Positions 52,245-63,033 are shown, counted from the stretch's first letter. The stretch: 64,000 bases of DNA from an uncultured delta proteobacterium (GCA_963755125.1 CAVWIP010000010.1:128001-192000); one strand, 5' to 3'. Translations and numbers: made by a program. Notes: a model not told the origin generated them from the sequence alone.

Positions 52245-53236
52245 GCCGACCTCGCGCCCCCGTTGGCGGGCTGGCCGCCGAGAAACTCCTGCATGATCTC
52301 TTCCAGCGGCGGATCCTCGACGGAGATATCGGAGATGGGCAAGCGTCCCAGCGCGGCCCGCACCGCCTCGGTCACCTGCGCGGCCGGCACTGCCAGGGTG
52401 GCCTGCAACTCCGAGCGAGCCACGCAGTTGCCCAGGCGATCCAGCTCGCCGGGCGCCGGCACCGACGAGAAGTGCATGGTGATGCGCTTCTCGGGCCGAA
52501 TGCGGCGGGCCAGGGTTCGCAGATCCCCGTCGTAGATGAGGTGGCCCTTGTCGATGACGATGACCCTCGGACATAGGGCCGCCACGTCTTCCATGTAGTG
52601 ACTGGTGAGCAGCACGGACGCGCCGGTGGCTTCGTTGTAGCGGCGGATGAAGTCGCGCACCCGCGCCTGCATGGACACATCCAGGCCGATGGTGGGCTCG
52701 TCGAGAAAGAGCACCCGCGGCCGGTGCAAGAGAGCCGCCACCAACTCGCACTTCATGCGCTCGCCCAGCGAGAGTTGCCGTGTCGGTTTGCCGATGAGCG
52801 CGCCTATCTCGAGCAGATCCACCAACTCCTGCTGGGTGGCGTCCGCCTCGCGCCGGGGCAAGTCGAACAGGGCTCGATTCATGGCGAATGTCTCGGCCGG
52901 GGGCAGATCCCAGAGGAGCTGTTGCTTCTGTCCCATGACCAGCGTGATCATGTGCAGGAATTCGTTGCGACGTTCCTGCGGCACGAAGCCACCCACCGTC
53001 ACCGTGCCGCTGGTCGGGTAGAGCAGGCCTGACAGAATCTTGAGCGCCGTGGTCTTGCCCGCGCCGTTGGGTCCTAGAAAACCAACTCGCTCGCCCGGCG
53101 CGATGTCGAAGCTCACGTCGACCAGGGCCTGCACCTCCTCGGTGCGCCGGCGCACGACCGAGCGCAGGGCCGCCAGCAGGCCTGGCGGCCGGCGGTGCAC
53201 CCGGTAGGTCTTGCATAGGTTGCGTGCCCGTATCAC
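52241..53236 (-). CDS. ABC transporter ATP-binding protein
   Basis: GPNGAGKT, LSLGERM, LFLDEPT, TSH. Confidence 0.96.
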   Translation of the reverse strand: MIRARNLCKTYRVHRRPPGLLAALRSVVRRRTEEVQALVDVSFDIAPGERVGFLGPNGAGKTTALKILSGLLYPTSGTVTVGGFVPQERRNEFLHMITLVMGQKQQLLWDLPPAETFAMNRALFDLPRREADATQQELVDLLEIGALIGKPTRQLSLGERMKCELVAALLHRPRVLFLDEPTIGLDVSMQARVRDFIRRYNEATGASVLLTSHYMEDVAALCPRVIVIDKGHLIYDGDLRTLARRIRPEKRITMHFSSVPAPGELDRLGNCVARSELQATLAVPAAQVTEAVRAALGRLPISDISVEDPPLEEIMQEFLGGQPANGGARSA

Positions 53237-53390
53237 GTTGGCCGGTTACCTTACCAGAGCCACGGGGCAAAGCTGCTTCCGCCAATCTCGCTGGCTCGCC
53301 CGACGACGGCGCGGTTTTCCCTTTGCGGTTTTCGCGCTAGGCTTGTCTGCAAGGTCCGGCCGTCGGCCGGCAAGACGGGGAGTGGCACCG

Positions 53391-56096
53391 ATGACTCAAG
53401 GGGAACCGGACGACCGAGACGCGCACAACAACCCACGGCAGGACGCGGCTGACGACGATCCGCAGGAGACGCAGGAATGGATCGACGCCCTGGAGTCCAC
53501 CCTCACGCACGCCGGCGTGGAACGCGCCCATTTCCTGCTTCAGCAACTGGTCGATCGCGCGCGCCGTGCGGGCGCGCATCTGCCGTTTGACGCCACCACC
53601 GCGTACATCAACACCATCCCGCGCTCGCGGCAGGTGCCTGCGCCCGGCGATCCAGCCCTCGAACGCCGCATCCGCTCTCTCATCCGCTGGAACGCGCTGG
53701 CCATGGTGGTACATACCAACCGGCGCAGCACGGAACTGGGCGGCCACATCGCCAGCTTCGCCTCGGCCGCCACCCTGTACGACGTTGGCTTCAACCATTT
53801 TTTCCGCGCCCCCACCGACCAACACGGCGGCGATCTCGTCTACATCCAGGGACACTCGGCGCCCGGGATCTACGCGCGCGCCTATCTCGAAGGCCGCTTG
53901 AGCGAAGACCAACTCAACGACTTCCGCCAGGAGGTCGGCGGCCGGGGCCTCTCGTCCTATCCGCATCCCTGGCTGATGCCCAATTTCTGGCAGTTCTCCA
54001 CGGTGAGCATGGGGCTCTCGTCCATGCTGGCCATCTACCAGGCCCGCCTGATGAAGTACCTGCACAACCGGGGCCTGCAGGATGCGCAGGACCGCAAGGT
54101 GTGGGCATTCCTCGGCGACGGCGAGATGGACGAGGCCGAGTCCCTGGGCGCCATCACGCTGGCCGCGCGCGAGAAGCTCGACAATCTGATCTTCGTGGTC
54201 AACTGCAATCTGCAGCGCCTGGACGGACCGGTGCGAGGCAACGGCAACATCATCCAGGAACTGGAGGCCCTGTTCCGCGGCGCCGGTTGGAACGTCCTCA
54301 AGGTCGTGTGGGGCTCCTACTGGGATCCGCTGTTGCAACTCGACCGCCAGGGTCTTCTGCGTAAGCGTTTCCTGGAATGCGTCGACGGTGAATACCAGGC
54401 ATTCAAGGCCAAGGGTGGCGCCTACACGCGCGAGAAGTTCTTCGGCAAGTATCCCGAGCTACGCGCCATGGTGGCCAGCCTCTCCGACGAGGACATCTGG
54501 CGGCTCAACCGCGGCGGCCATGACCCGCACAAAGTCTTCGCCGCCTACGCCGCGGCGGTGTCGACCCAGGGTCAGCCGACGGTGGTGCTGGCCAAGACAG
54601 TCAAAGGCTACGGCATGGGCGAGGCGGGCGAGGGCCAGAACATCACCCACCAGCAGAAGAAGATGGGCGAGGAGGCCTTGCGCGCCTTTCGCGATCGCTT
54701 CGACATTCCCATCAGCGATGAAGACATCGGCAAGGCGCCGTTCTACCGGCCGCCCGAAGACAGCCCCGAGATCCGCTACCTGCGGCAGAGGCGCCAAGCC
54801 CTGGGTGGTTCCCTGCCCGTACGTCGTCCCTCCGCGCCGCCGTTGCAGGTGCCGCAACTGGAAGCCTTCGACTTCCTCCTGCAGGGCAGCGGCGAACGCG
54901 AATATTCCACCACCATGGCCTTCGTGCGCATGCTGGCGCGCCTGACCCGCGATCCCGTCATCGGCCGCCACGTGGTGCCCATCGTGCCCGACGAAGCCCG
55001 CACCTTCGGCATGGAGGGTCTGTTCCGCCAGCTCGGCATCTACTCGTCAGTGGGCCAGCTCTACGAGCCGGTTGACGCCGAACAGCTCATGTCCTACCGC
55101 GAGGCCAAGGACGGCCAGATACTGGAAGAAGGCATCAACGAGGCCGGAGCCATGTCGTCGTTCATCGCGGCCGGCACCGCCTACGCCAACCACGGCATCA
55201 ATCTGGTCCCCTTCTACTGCTTCTATTCCATGTTCGGGTTCCAGCGCACCGGCGACTTCGCTTGGGCAGGCGCGGACATGCGCATGCGCGGCTTTCTCAT
55301 GGGCGGCACCTCCGGCCGCACCACCCTGGCGGGCGAGGGCCTGCAGCACCAAGACGGTCACAGTCACTTGCTGGCCTCCGCCATCCCGACCTGCGTGGCC
55401 TATGATCCGACTTTCGCCTACGAGATGGCGGTCATCGTTCAGGACGGGCTGCGCCGGATGGTCACACAGCAGGAGGACGTCTTCTATTACATCACCATGA
55501 TGAATGAGAACTACGCCCATCCGGCCATGCCCGAGAGCGCGGCGCCCGGAATCTTGAAAGGCTTGTATCTGCTACGCGCCAGTCGCATGGGCGCGGACAA
55601 ACCCCGGGTGCAACTTCTCGGCTCGGGCGCCATCTTGCGTGAAGTGCTGGCTGCCGCCGACTTGCTGGAGGGTGACTTCGGCGTCGGCGCCGACCTGTGG
55701 AGCGCTCCCAGCTTCACCGAGTTGCGGCGCGAGGGTCTGGCCGCGGAACGCTGGTCGCTGCTGCACCCGGCGGAGCCGCGCAGGCCGAGCTTCGTCGAAA
55801 CGTGCCTGACCAATCGCCAGGGCCCGGTGGTGGCGGCGACCGACTACGTGCGCCTGTTTGCCGACCAGATCCGGCCGTTTGTATCTAGGCGCTACGTCGT
55901 GCTTGGCACGGACGGCTTCGGTCGCAGCGATCGGCGCAGCCAATTGCGCCATTTTTTCGAGGTCGACCGACGCTTTGTCGCGCTGGCCGCGCTCAAAGCC
56001 CTGGCCGACGAGGGCGCGATCCCCGCCTCTCAGGTCAACGCGGCCCTGCGCAAGCTCGACATCGATCCCGAGAAACCAGATCCGACCCGCGTGTGA
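53391..56096 (+). CDS. aceE: Pyruvate dehydrogenase E1, homodimeric type
   Basis: DPQETQEW, YINTI, GGHIAS, GDGEMDE, NCNLQRLDGPVRGN, GEGLQHQDGHS, GTDGFGRSD. Confidence 0.97.
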   Translation: MTQGEPDDRDAHNNPRQDAADDDPQETQEWIDALESTLTHAGVERAHFLLQQLVDRARRAGAHLPFDATTAYINTIPRSRQVPAPGDPALERRIRSLIRWNALAMVVHTNRRSTELGGHIASFASAATLYDVGFNHFFRAPTDQHGGDLVYIQGHSAPGIYARAYLEGRLSEDQLNDFRQEVGGRGLSSYPHPWLMPNFWQFSTVSMGLSSMLAIYQARLMKYLHNRGLQDAQDRKVWAFLGDGEMDEAESLGAITLAAREKLDNLIFVVNCNLQRLDGPVRGNGNIIQELEALFRGAGWNVLKVVWGSYWDPLLQLDRQGLLRKRFLECVDGEYQAFKAKGGAYTREKFFGKYPELRAMVASLSDEDIWRLNRGGHDPHKVFAAYAAAVSTQGQPTVVLAKTVKGYGMGEAGEGQNITHQQKKMGEEALRAFRDRFDIPISDEDIGKAPFYRPPEDSPEIRYLRQRRQALGGSLPVRRPSAPPLQVPQLEAFDFLLQGSGEREYSTTMAFVRMLARLTRDPVIGRHVVPIVPDEARTFGMEGLFRQLGIYSSVGQLYEPVDAEQLMSYREAKDGQILEEGINEAGAMSSFIAAGTAYANHGINLVPFYCFYSMFGFQRTGDFAWAGADMRMRGFLMGGTSGRTTLAGEGLQHQDGHSHLLASAIPTCVAYDPTFAYEMAVIVQDGLRRMVTQQEDVFYYITMMNENYAHPAMPESAAPGILKGLYLLRASRMGADKPRVQLLGSGAILREVLAAADLLEGDFGVGADLWSAPSFTELRREGLAAERWSLLHPAEPRRPSFVETCLTNRQGPVVAATDYVRLFADQIRPFVSRRYVVLGTDGFGRSDRRSQLRHFFEVDRRFVALAALKALADEGAIPASQVNAALRKLDIDPEKPDPTRV

Positions 56097-56118
56097 TGCC
56101 AAGCCAAGGAGAAGGAAC

Positions 56119-57504
56119 GTGAGCAAGACGGTTGACCTGCTGGTCCCTGATATCGGCGATTTTCACGACGTTCCCATCGTCGAGATTCTGATCGTTCCGG
56201 GAGCCTCCATCAGGCGCGACGATCCGGTCGCGGTCCTGGAGAGCGACAAGGCTTCCATGGACGTGCCCTCGCCCCATGCCGGCCGGGTCGAGCAGGTGCT
56301 GGTCAAGGTGGGCGACAGGGTTTCGGCGGGCGCGCGGCTTGCTACCTTGGCAATCGACGACGAGACAACGCTGACTCCAACTGGTGATACCGGGCCGGTG
56401 GCCATTTCGAACAAGCCGACGCCCGTGGGCCCCTGGCAGCCCGAGACGCCCGTGCCATCGCAAAGGGCTCGAAGCGCAGCGGCGCCTGCGGCGCACGGAC
56501 AGGTGCCCCTGGCCTCCGGCGTGGTCATGGAGGATTTCCCCGCGCCCGACAGCCCCCGCGGCGGCGCGCGGCCATCTCCTACCGCGAGCATCCCGCTGGT
56601 GGTCAACGAGGCGAAGTCCGAGCACCATGCCGCGCCGGCAGTCCGGCGTCTGGCGCGCGAGTTGGGTGTCGCGCTTTCCGAGATTGAGGGCACCGGCCGC
56701 AACGGCCGCATCGTGGAAGAGGACCTGCGCAATTACATCAAGGCCGCCATGGCACGGACGCCCTCGGCCGGCGCCAGCGAGTTGCCGGCAGTAGACTTCG
56801 CAAAATTCGGCCCCATCGAGCTGCGGCCTTTGGGTCGCATTCGTCGCGCCACTGCGACCAGCGTGCAGCGATCGTGGCGACTGGTCCCGCACGTCACCCA
56901 GTATGACGAAGCCGACATCACCGACCTGGAGGCGTTTCGCAAGGCCGAGGCCGAGCAGGCCAAGCAGCGGGGCGTGCGCCTCACCCTGCTCGCCTTCTTC
57001 ATGAAGGCGACAGCGGCGACACTGAAAGAGCATCCCAGCTTCAACGCTTCGCTGGACGCCAACGGTGAGAACCTGGTGTGGAAGCGCTACATCCATCTCG
57101 GCATCGCGGTGGACACGCCCGAGGGTCTGGTGGTGCCCGTGGTGCGCGATGTGGACCGCAAGGGAATCTGGGAGCTGGCCGGCGAGTTGACCACGCTGAG
57201 CCGACGCGCGAGAGAGCAGAAGCTGACGCCCGCCGACCTGCAAGGCGCCAGCTTCACCATCTCCAGCCTGGGCGGCATCGGCGGCACCGCATTCTCACCC
57301 ATCGTCAACGCGCCCGAGGTCGGCATCCTGGGCTTCTCGCGCGCCTCGCTGCGGCCGGTGTACCGCGACGGACAGATCGGCCCGCGCCTCATTCTGCCCT
57401 TCTCGCTGTCCTACGACCATCGCGCCAACGACGGCGCGCAAGCGGCCCGCTTCACCAGTCACCTGCGCGAACTGCTGGCCGACATTCGCGAAGTGCTGCT
57501 GTAG
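56119..57504 (+). CDS. aceF: Pyruvate dehydrogenase E2 (one lipoyl domain)
   Basis: VPDIGDF, LESDKASMDVP, HAAPAVRRLARE, SLSYDHR..DGA. Confidence 0.95.
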   Translation: MSKTVDLLVPDIGDFHDVPIVEILIVPGASIRRDDPVAVLESDKASMDVPSPHAGRVEQVLVKVGDRVSAGARLATLAIDDETTLTPTGDTGPVAISNKPTPVGPWQPETPVPSQRARSAAAPAAHGQVPLASGVVMEDFPAPDSPRGGARPSPTASIPLVVNEAKSEHHAAPAVRRLARELGVALSEIEGTGRNGRIVEEDLRNYIKAAMARTPSAGASELPAVDFAKFGPIELRPLGRIRRATATSVQRSWRLVPHVTQYDEADITDLEAFRKAEAEQAKQRGVRLTLLAFFMKATAATLKEHPSFNASLDANGENLVWKRYIHLGIAVDTPEGLVVPVVRDVDRKGIWELAGELTTLSRRAREQKLTPADLQGASFTISSLGGIGGTAFSPIVNAPEVGILGFSRASLRPVYRDGQIGPRLILPFSLSYDHRANDGAQAARFTSHLRELLADIREVLL

Positions 57505-57589
57505 CTCCAGACATCGGCGAGTCGTTGCGCCCTTTCAGCGCGGCTTGGCGTAGTCGCGCAGCCCCTGGAAGTCCACGACCACCCGGGGG

Positions 57590-58870
57590 TCAGAAGCCCA
57601 AGTACGGGCCTGGACCCGCCGGCGTCGCCTGCTCTGCCAAGGCGACGAAAACCCGCCGGCCGTAAAAGAAGGGCAGCCCCCAGTCGAAACTGCCGCCGCC
57701 TGGACCGCCCAGATTGCCGTAGGCTGCATAAGTCGGGTTCTGCGTTATCAGATCGTCCGCGTTGGCGATGCTGAACTTCACACTCGTGCCCGTGCTGCCC
57801 GTGCTGCCCGTGCTGCCCAGCACGGCCGTGTAATTCTGCGTGGTCGACGGACAGTAGAAGGATGTCATGTCAGGGCAAACGCTTATCCCGAGCGAACTCG
57901 CGTCCGCAAAGAAGATGCCGTCCGAGCCGGTATCGGCGAAGCTACTGCTGGTGGGCACGTTCTGGAAAACGGTCGCAAAATTGCCCGCGCTGTCGAGGGG
58001 CAGGACCGTCGAACCGGAGAAGGCATTGTTGGCGCGCGTGCCGATGCCGAACACCACGGCGCCGCTCAGCGTCGCGGCCCCCGCGGCCGGAACCTCCGGC
58101 AGCTCGATGACGATGCCGTTGTTGTCGCCCGCCAGGCTGGCGACCGGATTGGGTAGTTGCTGGGCCAGCGACATGCCGACGTCTTGGCAGCCCGCTGACG
58201 GGCAGGTGTAGTAAAATGCAGGGCTGGCTGGAGCGTCGCTCACGCAACTCTCACCGCAGTCTTGCAGGAAAGGCCCGATGCCGAGAATGCCGTTGGCGGC
58301 CAAGGTGGCCAGGGTGTCGTTGGCCGGCAAGCCGCTGCCGCTGCAACTGGAGGGCACCGAGGCGGTCGCATCAATGACCTGGATCTCGATGTTGGCGGCG
58401 GTCTCCCCCGCCATGGTCACGTCAGCTAATTTCAACGGCCCGTAGGTGTAGTTGGTGAGAAAAAGGGTGCACTCCGAAAGAGGTATGCCGTTGCTGGTCG
58501 CGTCCGCCAGCGACACGGTCAGCGCCGACGACAGGATACGCAAACCCACTGAGCCCGTGTCGACCAGCAGGCCATCGATGGTCTGGCAGTCGCTGGTTCC
58601 CGGCGCGCACACGGTCACCGAGGCGAACGCACCGTTGACGTACAACGAACTGGGGTTGGTCGCTTGGTAAGCCGGGCCGGCGTTGACCACGATGGGCAAG
58701 ACATTCACGCCGGAGCTGGCGATGCTGGGCTCTGTCCCCGGCGAACTGCCCAGGCCGGGTGGAAGAAGTCGGCCGTCGTCTGGCCAGGGAGGAGTCGAGT
58801 CGTTCTCAGAGCAGGCGAGCCCCACCAGCGACGCGAGGAAAAGGACAAGAGCGGACGCGCGCACCGGCAT
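57590..58870 (-). CDS. DUF3443-like lipoprotein
   Basis: Lipobox GLAC; SVTVCAPGT..CQTID.LLVDTGS.GLRI, NGILG, PNPV, GIGT..NN, FDWGLPFFYGR. Confidence 0.85.
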   Translation of the reverse strand: MPVRASALVLFLASLVGLACSENDSTPPWPDDGRLLPPGLGSSPGTEPSIASSGVNVLPIVVNAGPAYQATNPSSLYVNGAFASVTVCAPGTSDCQTIDGLLVDTGSVGLRILSSALTVSLADATSNGIPLSECTLFLTNYTYGPLKLADVTMAGETAANIEIQVIDATASVPSSCSGSGLPANDTLATLAANGILGIGPFLQDCGESCVSDAPASPAFYYTCPSAGCQDVGMSLAQQLPNPVASLAGDNNGIVIELPEVPAAGAATLSGAVVFGIGTRANNAFSGSTVLPLDSAGNFATVFQNVPTSSSFADTGSDGIFFADASSLGISVCPDMTSFYCPSTTQNYTAVLGSTGSTGSTGTSVKFSIANADDLITQNPTYAAYGNLGGPGGGSFDWGLPFFYGRRVFVALAEQATPAGPGPYLGF

Positions 58871-58877
58871 AGTTGCG

Positions 58878-59348
58878 CTACTGGATCTCGGCCGGATCCA
58901 CGCCCACAGGGATCTGTTGAGGAAGATAGGCCCGCGCGTGGAAGCTGCGCATGTGCCCGGTCAGACGGATGACCAGATCAGGTTCGTCGATCAGCAAGGG
59001 CTGGCGGCGCGCGCGGCGTAGGAGCAAAGCCTGCTGATAGCGAGTGAAGGAAGAACCCAGCAACCGCCTCATGTCGGGCAGGCCGGGGCCATGCCAGGCC
59101 ACACCGAATACCACGCCCGACGGCGACGCATACTCGCGCACAGTGCCGCCCGCGGGCGTCGTCACCTCGTGCAAAAGGTACGCGCGGCGCGCAGCAACTC
59201 TGAGGCTGGCCCCCAGCTGCGCGCGGTCAGCCTCGACAGACGACTCGTCCCCGCCCAGCGACGCAGTGGCGCCCGCGGGGAGGGCCAGCCACACCGCGAA
59301 AAACAACACGCTTGCGGGCCCACAGCGAAAGCCAGCAGCTCGTCTCAT
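58878..59348 (-). CDS. DUF2844-like secreted protein
   Basis: ASLGG, GTVREY, GVVFGVAWHGP..PD...LLG..F, GHMRSF..RAYLP; usual partner of DUF3443. Confidence 0.85.
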   Translation of the reverse strand: MRRAAGFRCGPASVLFFAVWLALPAGATASLGGDESSVEADRAQLGASLRVAARRAYLLHEVTTPAGGTVREYASPSGVVFGVAWHGPGLPDMRRLLGSSFTRYQQALLLRRARRQPLLIDEPDLVIRLTGHMRSFHARAYLPQQIPVGVDPAEIQ

Positions 59349-59396
59349 CCTGTAAGCTTAGCAGGACGCAAGGGAAATGGCGTATCCTGTCCCGCC

Positions 59397-60938
59397 ATGG
59401 CGGGCCAAGGCCCCGAGACTTCTCGATTGAAGCTTGCTGCACGGAATGCCTGCGCTGCGCTTCCATTCGCAGCCGCCGTTGCCCTGGTCGGAATTTTCAC
59501 GAATTTTCACACCCCACTGAACGATTTCTGGGGCAATCACTACCTCTCGCAGCGACTCGATTCCCGTGACCTGGGGACGTTTTACGACGGTTTCTATCCC
59601 GTCGGCTACACGGTGCTCCTGCGCGTGCTGGCTCGCCTCGGATATCCACCCTTGTCGGCCCTGGGCATCAATGTAGTCCTCACCTGGCTCCTGGCCTTTT
59701 CCCTGCTCGGCGTCTTGCGGCTCCGCGGCCTGGGAATCTTGCCGTCCCTCATTGGCACCAGTCTGGTCTTCCTCTTTCCCCAGGTCTTTGAGTATCTCTA
59801 CACGCCAGGAGCTGATTCTGGCGCAATGGTGTTTTTCACAGTAGGCAGCTTCGCTCTGTTGGCGGCACTGCTCGCTCCCACACCACGGGCCTGGTGGTAT
59901 GCGCTCGCGGGTGCGCTCCTGGGACTGGCATCGCTGTGGCGGTACCATGCTGTCCTGGCAAGTGTGTTGCTCCTGGCCGCGGCATCACTGGCCTACCGCA
60001 AACGCATCGCTGGCGTCATGCTCGCGCTGGCGTCGTGCGCACTCGTCTACACCTGCCAGGTGGCTGTGAATCTCCTGTCGGGGCATTCACCGTTCCAGAC
60101 CTATCAGGCCTTCAATCTCTACCAGCACATGCACCCCATCAGTTGGTACCGCACGGCGGAGATCCCTTCACTGGGCACACCGCTGTCGATCGTTTTGTCC
60201 AATCCGTCGGCCTTCCTGTCTTCGTCTCTCGCCAGTTTTGTCACGCTCTTCCCGACCCTGTCCGCGCCGCTCATCTTCTGCTTCTTCCCCAAAAGCAACC
60301 CGCTGAGGCGACCGGCCGCGCTCTGGCTCTGCTTCTGCATTGTGTATAGCATTGCCATGGCCACGGCCGATAGCGGCAGGGCGGTGCTCCTCGCTCTGCC
60401 AGTGTCCCTCTCCTTCCTGGTGGTGTCAGGCCGCGCGCTGTGGGTCGACCGACTCCGTACTATCGCGACTCCCGCAGCGTGGCCACAACCTGCCGCCTAC
60501 GTCGTGCTGGCGCTCCTCCTCGGCGCCGGCGCAACCAACGACATCGCCACCGTGGTTTCGTGGCGCACAGCCTCGGAAAACTACCGCTCTCTCGAACAGG
60601 CGCTGCTTCGCGAGGGAATCACCGACGGCCAGCAGGTCTATTCGACCGACCTCTACCTCTACTTTCACGATATCCCGCCGTTTCGCCCATCCTACAGCGG
60701 AGGATGGCTTGACCTGCCCTTCTACCATTCGCACGACCAGACCCATCGGATCTCCCTCGCATCGGAGACTGCGTTCGTGCAGGACTGCAGGCTTCGCGGC
60801 ATCAGGATCGTACACCTCACCCCCCGCAGCAAGCGGGCCGCACCGTTCCTCTACCGGATCTACACTGCCGCCCGCGCCGCGGAAGGCCTGCGATTCGTCG
60901 CGCAGGTCGGAAGATCTCGCCTGTTTCGTCTTGAATAG
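59397..60938 (+). CDS. Polytopic membrane protein, GT-C-type glycosyltransferase-like
   Basis: About 10 TM segments; acidic loop DFW, FYPVGY, GADS, LASLWRY; start approximate. Confidence 0.6.
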   Translation: MAGQGPETSRLKLAARNACAALPFAAAVALVGIFTNFHTPLNDFWGNHYLSQRLDSRDLGTFYDGFYPVGYTVLLRVLARLGYPPLSALGINVVLTWLLAFSLLGVLRLRGLGILPSLIGTSLVFLFPQVFEYLYTPGADSGAMVFFTVGSFALLAALLAPTPRAWWYALAGALLGLASLWRYHAVLASVLLLAAASLAYRKRIAGVMLALASCALVYTCQVAVNLLSGHSPFQTYQAFNLYQHMHPISWYRTAEIPSLGTPLSIVLSNPSAFLSSSLASFVTLFPTLSAPLIFCFFPKSNPLRRPAALWLCFCIVYSIAMATADSGRAVLLALPVSLSFLVVSGRALWVDRLRTIATPAAWPQPAAYVVLALLLGAGATNDIATVVSWRTASENYRSLEQALLREGITDGQQVYSTDLYLYFHDIPPFRPSYSGGWLDLPFYHSHDQTHRISLASETAFVQDCRLRGIRIVHLTPRSKRAAPFLYRIYTAARAAEGLRFVAQVGRSRLFRLE

Positions 60939-61077
60939 GCTCCGGGACAGCCATGGTTTCTCCGCGACAACCTCCGCTGATTGATGCACTATTGTCGATT
61001 GACAGCCTTCGCTTAGCGCGCCGGGCTGAGCAGGCCCGCTTCTGTCTCGCCATCCAGTCCTCTAGGAATCACGAATC

Positions 61078-63033
61078 ATGAAGCACCCCCTGCTTACTTG
61101 CGTGCCCTGGTTGGTTTCCCTGGCCATTGCGCCTTGGGCGCAGGCCGCGACCTACTACTTCGGTCCCGCGGGCAGCAGCAACGCCGCCTGCACGCAACCC
61201 GCGCCCTGCCAACTCAACTACAACATGAGCGGCAAGTCGTTCCAGCCAGGAGACACCATCTATCTCCTCGGCGGAACCTACTCGGGGCAGTACATCCGTA
61301 ATGGAGCGAGCGGCACGTCCGGTGCCTACATTACCTTCAAGGCCGTTGATGGTCAGCTACCCATCCTGGATGGGGGAAACGCAGTGGGCTGTGGCGTCGA
61401 ACCGAACGCAACCGTGCAATACGTGCGCTTCGATGGCATCGCCTCGCGCAACTGGCAGTCAAGCGGCTTTTCCAATGGCTGGAACAATCCTTCCAGTCAC
61501 ATCGAGTTCGTCAACGGCATTGCCGACGGCAACGGCGTCAATGGCATTGCGTTCTACAAGGCCACAGGAGTGATCATTCGACAAAATCTGGTTGCTCACA
61601 ACGGCAACTTGCTGCCGTCGTGGTCGAGTGGGGTGAATCTCTACACAGCGGGCGGGACATACCAGGACAATATTGTCCAGTCCAATGTCTCGTTCGAGAA
61701 TATCGACATTTCGTCTCACCACTCGGACGGGAGCGGTTTCATTCTCGATCAGGGGAGCACCGGGGCCCTGTTCCAGAACAACATCGGTTTCAGAAACGGC
61801 GGCTCCTGCATCCGGCTCACCAACAGTAGCGGTTCGCATGTCGTCAACAATACCTGTTACCATGATGGACTTGAGCCCACTGATGCCCAGGGCGCGCCAA
61901 CCAATCCAGGCGAGATCTACTACTCGGATGCCACATCAGAAAGCGGCACAGTATTCCAGAACAACCTGGCCGCAGCTAGCGGCTACAACGGCACACAAAA
62001 CGCCTTCGCGGGCGCGGGGCTTCCTGCGGGAACGACGAACTACGCTGTCAACGCTAATGGCGCCACGCCTTTTTTCACCGATCCGGCCGGCACAAACCCC
62101 GACTTTCACTTGACGGCCTCGGCAACGGGCAGCATCGTGGACAAGGGCACGGCCTCGGGCGCGCCCACGACTGACATCGGATTCGATCCGAAGTGCATTG
62201 TAAAGGGCAGCCCGGGGGGCGCCAGTTGGTGGACATACACAATCAACTATACGTATGTCGCCAGCATTGGTGGGGTGGCGGCGTGCTTCAATCCCGCCAC
62301 TCGTTCGGCTACGCCTGACATTGGCGCCTATGAATACAACGGGACGGTCAGCACGGGTGGGACGACCGGTACGGGCGGAACAACGGGCGCTGGTGGGACG
62401 ACCAGCGGAAGCGCGGCGAGTGGCGGCGCGACCAGCACCGGGGCCAGTACCCCCACGGGCGGGACGACGGGGACAGGCGGAAGCGCGGCAAGTGGCGGCG
62501 CGACCAGCACCGGGGCCAGTACCCTTGCGGGTGGCGCCACGGGGACGGGCGCAATGACGAGCACCGGTGGCACCAGGGCCGCGGGTGGCACGACCGGCGC
62601 GGGCGGTACCGCGATCCTCTCCACAGGTGGGGGCGCCGGTGCAGGCGGGAGCAAGACCACGGGCGGCACTACCGGCGCAGTCGGCTCCGGCGGTGTGGTC
62701 GCCACGAGCAGTGGCAGTGCCAGCAGTGCGGGCGGCACCCAGACGACTGGGGGCGTCGCGAGCAGCGGAGGCATTGGCACCAGCGGCGGTGCCACGGCGG
62801 CCACGGGTGGACTGACTACCGCCGGGAGCAGAACGACGACGGGTGGCACCAGTTCGGGCGGTTCGATTGGTACTGGCGGAAGCGCGGGAACGAGCGGAGG
62901 TGAAGCTGCGGGCGCGGCTGCGGGCTGTAGCTGCGCTGTCGCGGGCGAGCCCTCGCGGCCGGCGGCGCTTGGCAGCTTCGGGATCTTTGGGCTCATCATG
63001 TTCCGAATGTGGCGCCGCCGTCGGGCGCGCTAG
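61078..63033 (+). CDS. Secreted right-handed beta-helix protein with Gly/Thr/Ser linker and MYXO-CTERM-like anchor
   Basis: Signal peptide; PGDTIYLLGGTY, Asn-ladder repeats, DFHL, PDIGAYE; GCSC...TM...RRRR tail. Confidence 0.85.
   Translation: MKHPLLTCVPWLVSLAIAPWAQAATYYFGPAGSSNAACTQPAPCQLNYNMSGKSFQPGDTIYLLGGTYSGQYIRNGASGTSGAYITFKAVDGQLPILDGGNAVGCGVEPNATVQYVRFDGIASRNWQSSGFSNGWNNPSSHIEFVNGIADGNGVNGIAFYKATGVIIRQNLVAHNGNLLPSWSSGVNLYTAGGTYQDNIVQSNVSFENIDISSHHSDGSGFILDQGSTGALFQNNIGFRNGGSCIRLTNSSGSHVVNNTCYHDGLEPTDAQGAPTNPGEIYYSDATSESGTVFQNNLAAASGYNGTQNAFAGAGLPAGTTNYAVNANGATPFFTDPAGTNPDFHLTASATGSIVDKGTASGAPTTDIGFDPKCIVKGSPGGASWWTYTINYTYVASIGGVAACFNPATRSATPDIGAYEYNGTVSTGGTTGTGGTTGAGGTTSGSAASGGATSTGASTPTGGTTGTGGSAASGGATSTGASTLAGGATGTGAMTSTGGTRAAGGTTGAGGTAILSTGGGAGAGGSKTTGGTTGAVGSGGVVATSSGSASSAGGTQTTGGVASSGGIGTSGGATAATGGLTTAGSRTTTGGTSSGGSIGTGGSAGTSGGEAAGAAAGCSCAVAGEPSRPAALGSFGIFGLIMFRMWRRRRAR

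Noticed and set aside
50610..53236. ABC-2 exporter as the transporter of the rSAM system
   Set aside because: It is separated by a repeat element and the operon's own promoter motifs, it is a widespread family, and a lipoprotein substrate would use Sec; a link is unsupported
57785..57820. Short CGTGCTGCC tandem repeat
   Set aside because: In-frame GST linker within the DUF3443 gene; no sign of a switch
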